A stretch of 64,000 nt of DNA from Octopus sinensis (Eukaryota), in assembly GCF_006345805.1 (NCBI RefSeq), contig NC_043025.1:15004001-15068000 (forward strand). The letters are read 5' to 3'. Every line of letters begins with the position of its first letter. Positions within the stretch are counted from its first letter, which is position 1. A program made the position numbers and the translations under genes. A model generated the notes under the pieces. It was not told where the DNA came from. It was given only the letters and a program-made list of their open reading frames with translations, and searched no databases. This document shows, one piece after another, positions 60,805 through 64,000 of the stretch.

Positions 60805-62365
60805 AGCTCAGGCAAATAGGGAATTGGCCAAAAGTAGGCCATTGTACTTAACCTTCATTGACCTGGGGAAAGCTTTTGACAGAGCCCCCTGTTCTGTTAT
60901 ATGGTGGTCTCTAAGGAAGTTAAGAGTAGAGGATTGGCTTGTTAGAGCTGTACATGCCATGTAGAGTGGTGCTGTCAGTAAGGTGAGAGTCAGCCATGAA
61001 TACAGTGATGAATTTAGTGTACAGGTAGGGGTTTGCCAAGGCTCTGTTCTCAGCCCACTCTTATTCATTATAGAGTGCTACTTTGGCTTGTGATCTACAA
61101 GGGAGATTACTTTTTAGTTTACTTTGTGTTAATGTTACTTTCTGTGTGATCTACAGAAGCAAATGTACTTTGGTGGGTGATCTATATGCTCATTTTAATT
61201 ATGATTATGTTTTCTTATTAAAATAATTTTCTTATTAAAAGAATTTTGAAAAAATTCATTTACAACGCTAAGTATGTACAAAATAATTAAAAAAGTAGCC
61301 TAAAGTAATTTGCCTTGTAGATCCCATGCCAAAATAGTACCCATTATAGCCCTCCAGGTCATAACAGAAGAATTCAAAACTGGATTCCCATGGAAACTAG
61401 TTTATGCTGATGACCTCACTCTTATTGCAGAATTGGAGGAGAAATTCCAGGTATGGAAACTAAACCTGGAATCAAAAGGCCTTAAAATTAACCAAAGTTG
61501 TTAGCAAAAAAGAAGATAAAACTTTCTTTCCATCAGGTAAATGGCCCTGCTCATTGTGTAGGAAAGGAGTTGGAAGAAATTCCATTCACTGCAGCCAGTG
61601 GACACATAAGAGTGGCAGTGGAATCCCAGATAGATTAAAAGATAAAGTTGTCTTCGTATGTGGCAGATGTTCAGGAACAATAAGCCCTAAGACACATGGG
61701 GCTTGGACTCTCTCTCAAATGCCCAGGAGGCTCTCTTGAGGTTGTGGATGGTTTCTGTTACCTAGGTGACCAAATTAGCAATGGTGGAGGATGTTCTGAA
61801 AGTATTGTTTCTAGAATAAGAATTGGGTGGCGGAAGTTGGACTCTCTTTCAGAGTGAAAGGTAGACTGTGTGAAGCTTGTGTATGAATGGCCGTACCCCA
61901 TGGTAGTGAGACATGGGCTCTAAGTGAAGAAGACATGTAGACTGGTAAGAAATGAAGGCCGTATGCTGCGTTAGATGTGCAACATCAGTGTGCAGACATA
62001 TTGTGCATAAGAGGGATGAAATGCAGCATGCAAGAGAGAAGAGTGCATTTGGTTTGGACGAGGGATGCGTATGAATGAGGACAGCTGTGTAAAGAAGTGC
62101 TGATCACTGAAAATGGATGGTCCCTGCAGAAGGGGGAGACCCAGGAAGACATGGGATGAACTTGCAAGGCCCTGTAAAATACATGTGAAAAACACTGATG
62201 CTGACCAATCAAAAAAAACCCCAATACACTCTGTAAAGTGGTTGCCATTTTAAAGGGCTTCCAGCCATAGAAACCGTGTCAAAACAGGCAAGGGAGCTTG
62301 GTACAGTTCCTGGCCTTGCCAATGCTTGCCAAACTGTCCAACCAATGCCAGCATTGAGAACAGAC
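60805..62365 (+). mobile_element. Old RTE LINE family 1 copy, interrupted at ~61072-61340
   Basis: FIDLGKAFDR, PWKLVYADDL, CRKGVGRNSIHC, GRPRKTWDE. Confidence 0.85.
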
Positions 62366-62672
62366 ATGTGTGTGTGGTGTGTGTGTGTGTGTGTGTGTGT
62401 GCAATGGGATTCTTTTAGTTTCTGTCTGCCAAATCCATTCACAAGGCTTTGGTTAGACAGAGGCTATAGTAGAAGACACTTGCCCAAGGTGTCACACGGT
62501 GGGACTGAACCCAAGCTTTGTGCTTGGGATGCAAAGATGGGTTGAAATAAACACAAGAGATGCTTCACCTGATGCAGGAGGCATTCATGCCTTTGCCAGC
62601 TGCTCTTCTGAATCCATTGTAATATCAGGAATCCTTCCATTCCATCTGCATGGCTTTGACAAATCCAAAATA

Positions 62673-62900
62673 TATTTCTTTACTATCCACAAGGGGCTAA
62701 ACATAGAGGGGACAAACAAAGACAGACAAACGGATTAAGTCGATTACATCGACCCCAGTGCGTAACTGGTACTTAATTTATCGACCCCAAAAGGATGAAA
62801 GGCAAAGTCGACCTTGGCGGAATTTGAACCTAGAACGTAACGGCAGACGAAATACGGCTACGCATCTCGCCCAGCGTGTTAACCATTCTGCCAGCTCGAC
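62673..62900 (-). mobile_element. SINE family 2
   Basis: Reverse-complement match to 33470-33690. Confidence 0.8.
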
Positions 62901-63050
62901 CCAAGCCTATGTTTGATCATTTATCTCATTGATTAAGGATTGATCAGAGGTTCACTACACAGTGCACATTGCAGAGAATGATGTGTAGGGCTGTGTAAAT
63001 TTACACGTTATTAAACACACAGTGGGCACTCTCCACACTTTTAAAACAAT

Positions 63051-63710
63051 TGTGGTGGCAGTGGTGGTGGCCAAGGCAGCGGCAGAGCTGGTGTGGGTGG
63101 CGGTTGGTGGTGGCAGTGGTGGTGGCCAAGGCAGCGGCAGAGCTGGTGTGGGTGGCGGTTGGTGGTGGCAGTGGTGGTGGCCAAGGCAGCGGCAGAGCTG
63201 GTGTGGGTGGCGGTTGGTGGTGGCAGTGGTGGTGGCCAAGGCAGCGGCAGAGCTGGTGTGGGTGGCGGTTGGTGGTGGCAGTGGTGGTGGCCGGCAGCGG
63301 CAGAGCTGTGTGGGTGGCGGTTGTGGTGGCAGGGTTGTGGCCAAGCACGGCAGAGCTGGTGTGGGTGGCGGTTGGTGTGGTAGTGGTGGTGGCCAAGCAG
63401 CGGCAGAGCTGGTGTGGGTGGCGGTTGGTGGTGGCAGTGGTGGTGGCCAAGGCAGCGGCAGAGCTGGTGTGGGTGGCGGTTGGTGGTGGCAGTGGTGGTG
63501 GCCAAGGCAGCGGCAGAGCTGGTGTGGGTGGCGGTTGGTGGTGGCAGTGGTGGTGGCCAAGGCAGCGGCAGAGCTGGTGTGGGTGGCGGTTGGTGGTGGC
63601 AGTGGTGGTGGCCAAGGCAGCGGCAGAGCTGGTGTGGGTGGCGGTTGGTGGTGGCAGTGGTGGTGGCCAAGGCAGCGGCAGAGCTGGTGTGGGTGGCGGT
63701 TGGTGGTGGT
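63051..63710. repeat. G-rich 55-bp minisatellite, ~12 units
   Basis: ccaaggcagcggcagagctgg at 63071, 63126, 63181, 63236 etc. Confidence 0.95.
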
Positions 63711-63779
63711 GAGTTGGAAGAAAGTTAGTCACGCCTAGCTTAGAGTGTATTGTCTGTGGCGATGGGGTGGTGCTTCTGC

Positions 63780-63975
63780 GTAGTTCTGGAGTTCAAAAAT
63801 TCCCGCCGAGGTCGACTTGTCTGACTTTCAATCCGCCGGGGCGTTATGCATCCTTTCGGGGTCGATGAATTAAGTACCAGTTACGCACTGGGGTCAATGT
63901 AATCGACTTAGTCCGTTTGTCCGTCCTTGTTTGTCCTCTCTGTGTTTAGCCCCTTGTGGGCAGTAAAGAAATAGG
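63780..63975 (+). mobile_element. SINE family 2, 5'-truncated
   Basis: Match to 33525-33690. Confidence 0.75.
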
Positions 63976-64000
63976 TTGGTGGTAGTGGTGGTGGGTTAGC

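Noticed and set aside
62955-63738. 200-240 aa ORFs in multiple frames
   Set aside because: Products of the stop-free 55-bp minisatellite

Overview
AT-rich, microsatellite-saturated animal genomic DNA. The repeat complement (tRNA-head SINEs with internal microsatellites, RTE LINEs, abundant (TA)n/(CA)n/(GATA)n) resembles an Octopus/cephalopod genome; this is inference, not a database match. No host protein-coding gene could be supported; most listed ORFs are microsatellite translations or transposon remnants. Recognisable content: two RTE-clade LINE families (one with a C4HC3 PHD-like finger after the RT core), R4/Dong-like and Penelope-like fragments, three Tc1/mariner types, TTAA and hAT MITEs, several Helitron families (one with a Pif1 helicase fragment), three SINE families, and ~350-bp, ~163-bp and 55-bp tandem arrays. 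The most notable signal is about 17 type-I hammerhead-ribozyme (HHR) folds from roughly a dozen unrelated short elements. Several sit in head-to-head palindromes embedded in (TA)n tracts, two loci have 345-356-nt repeat units like non-LTR retrozymes (circular RNA replicons), and several non-canonical cores keep the catalytic 3-8 pair by covariation (U3-A8, G3-C8). All folds and coordinates were read by eye; activity and novelty are untested.
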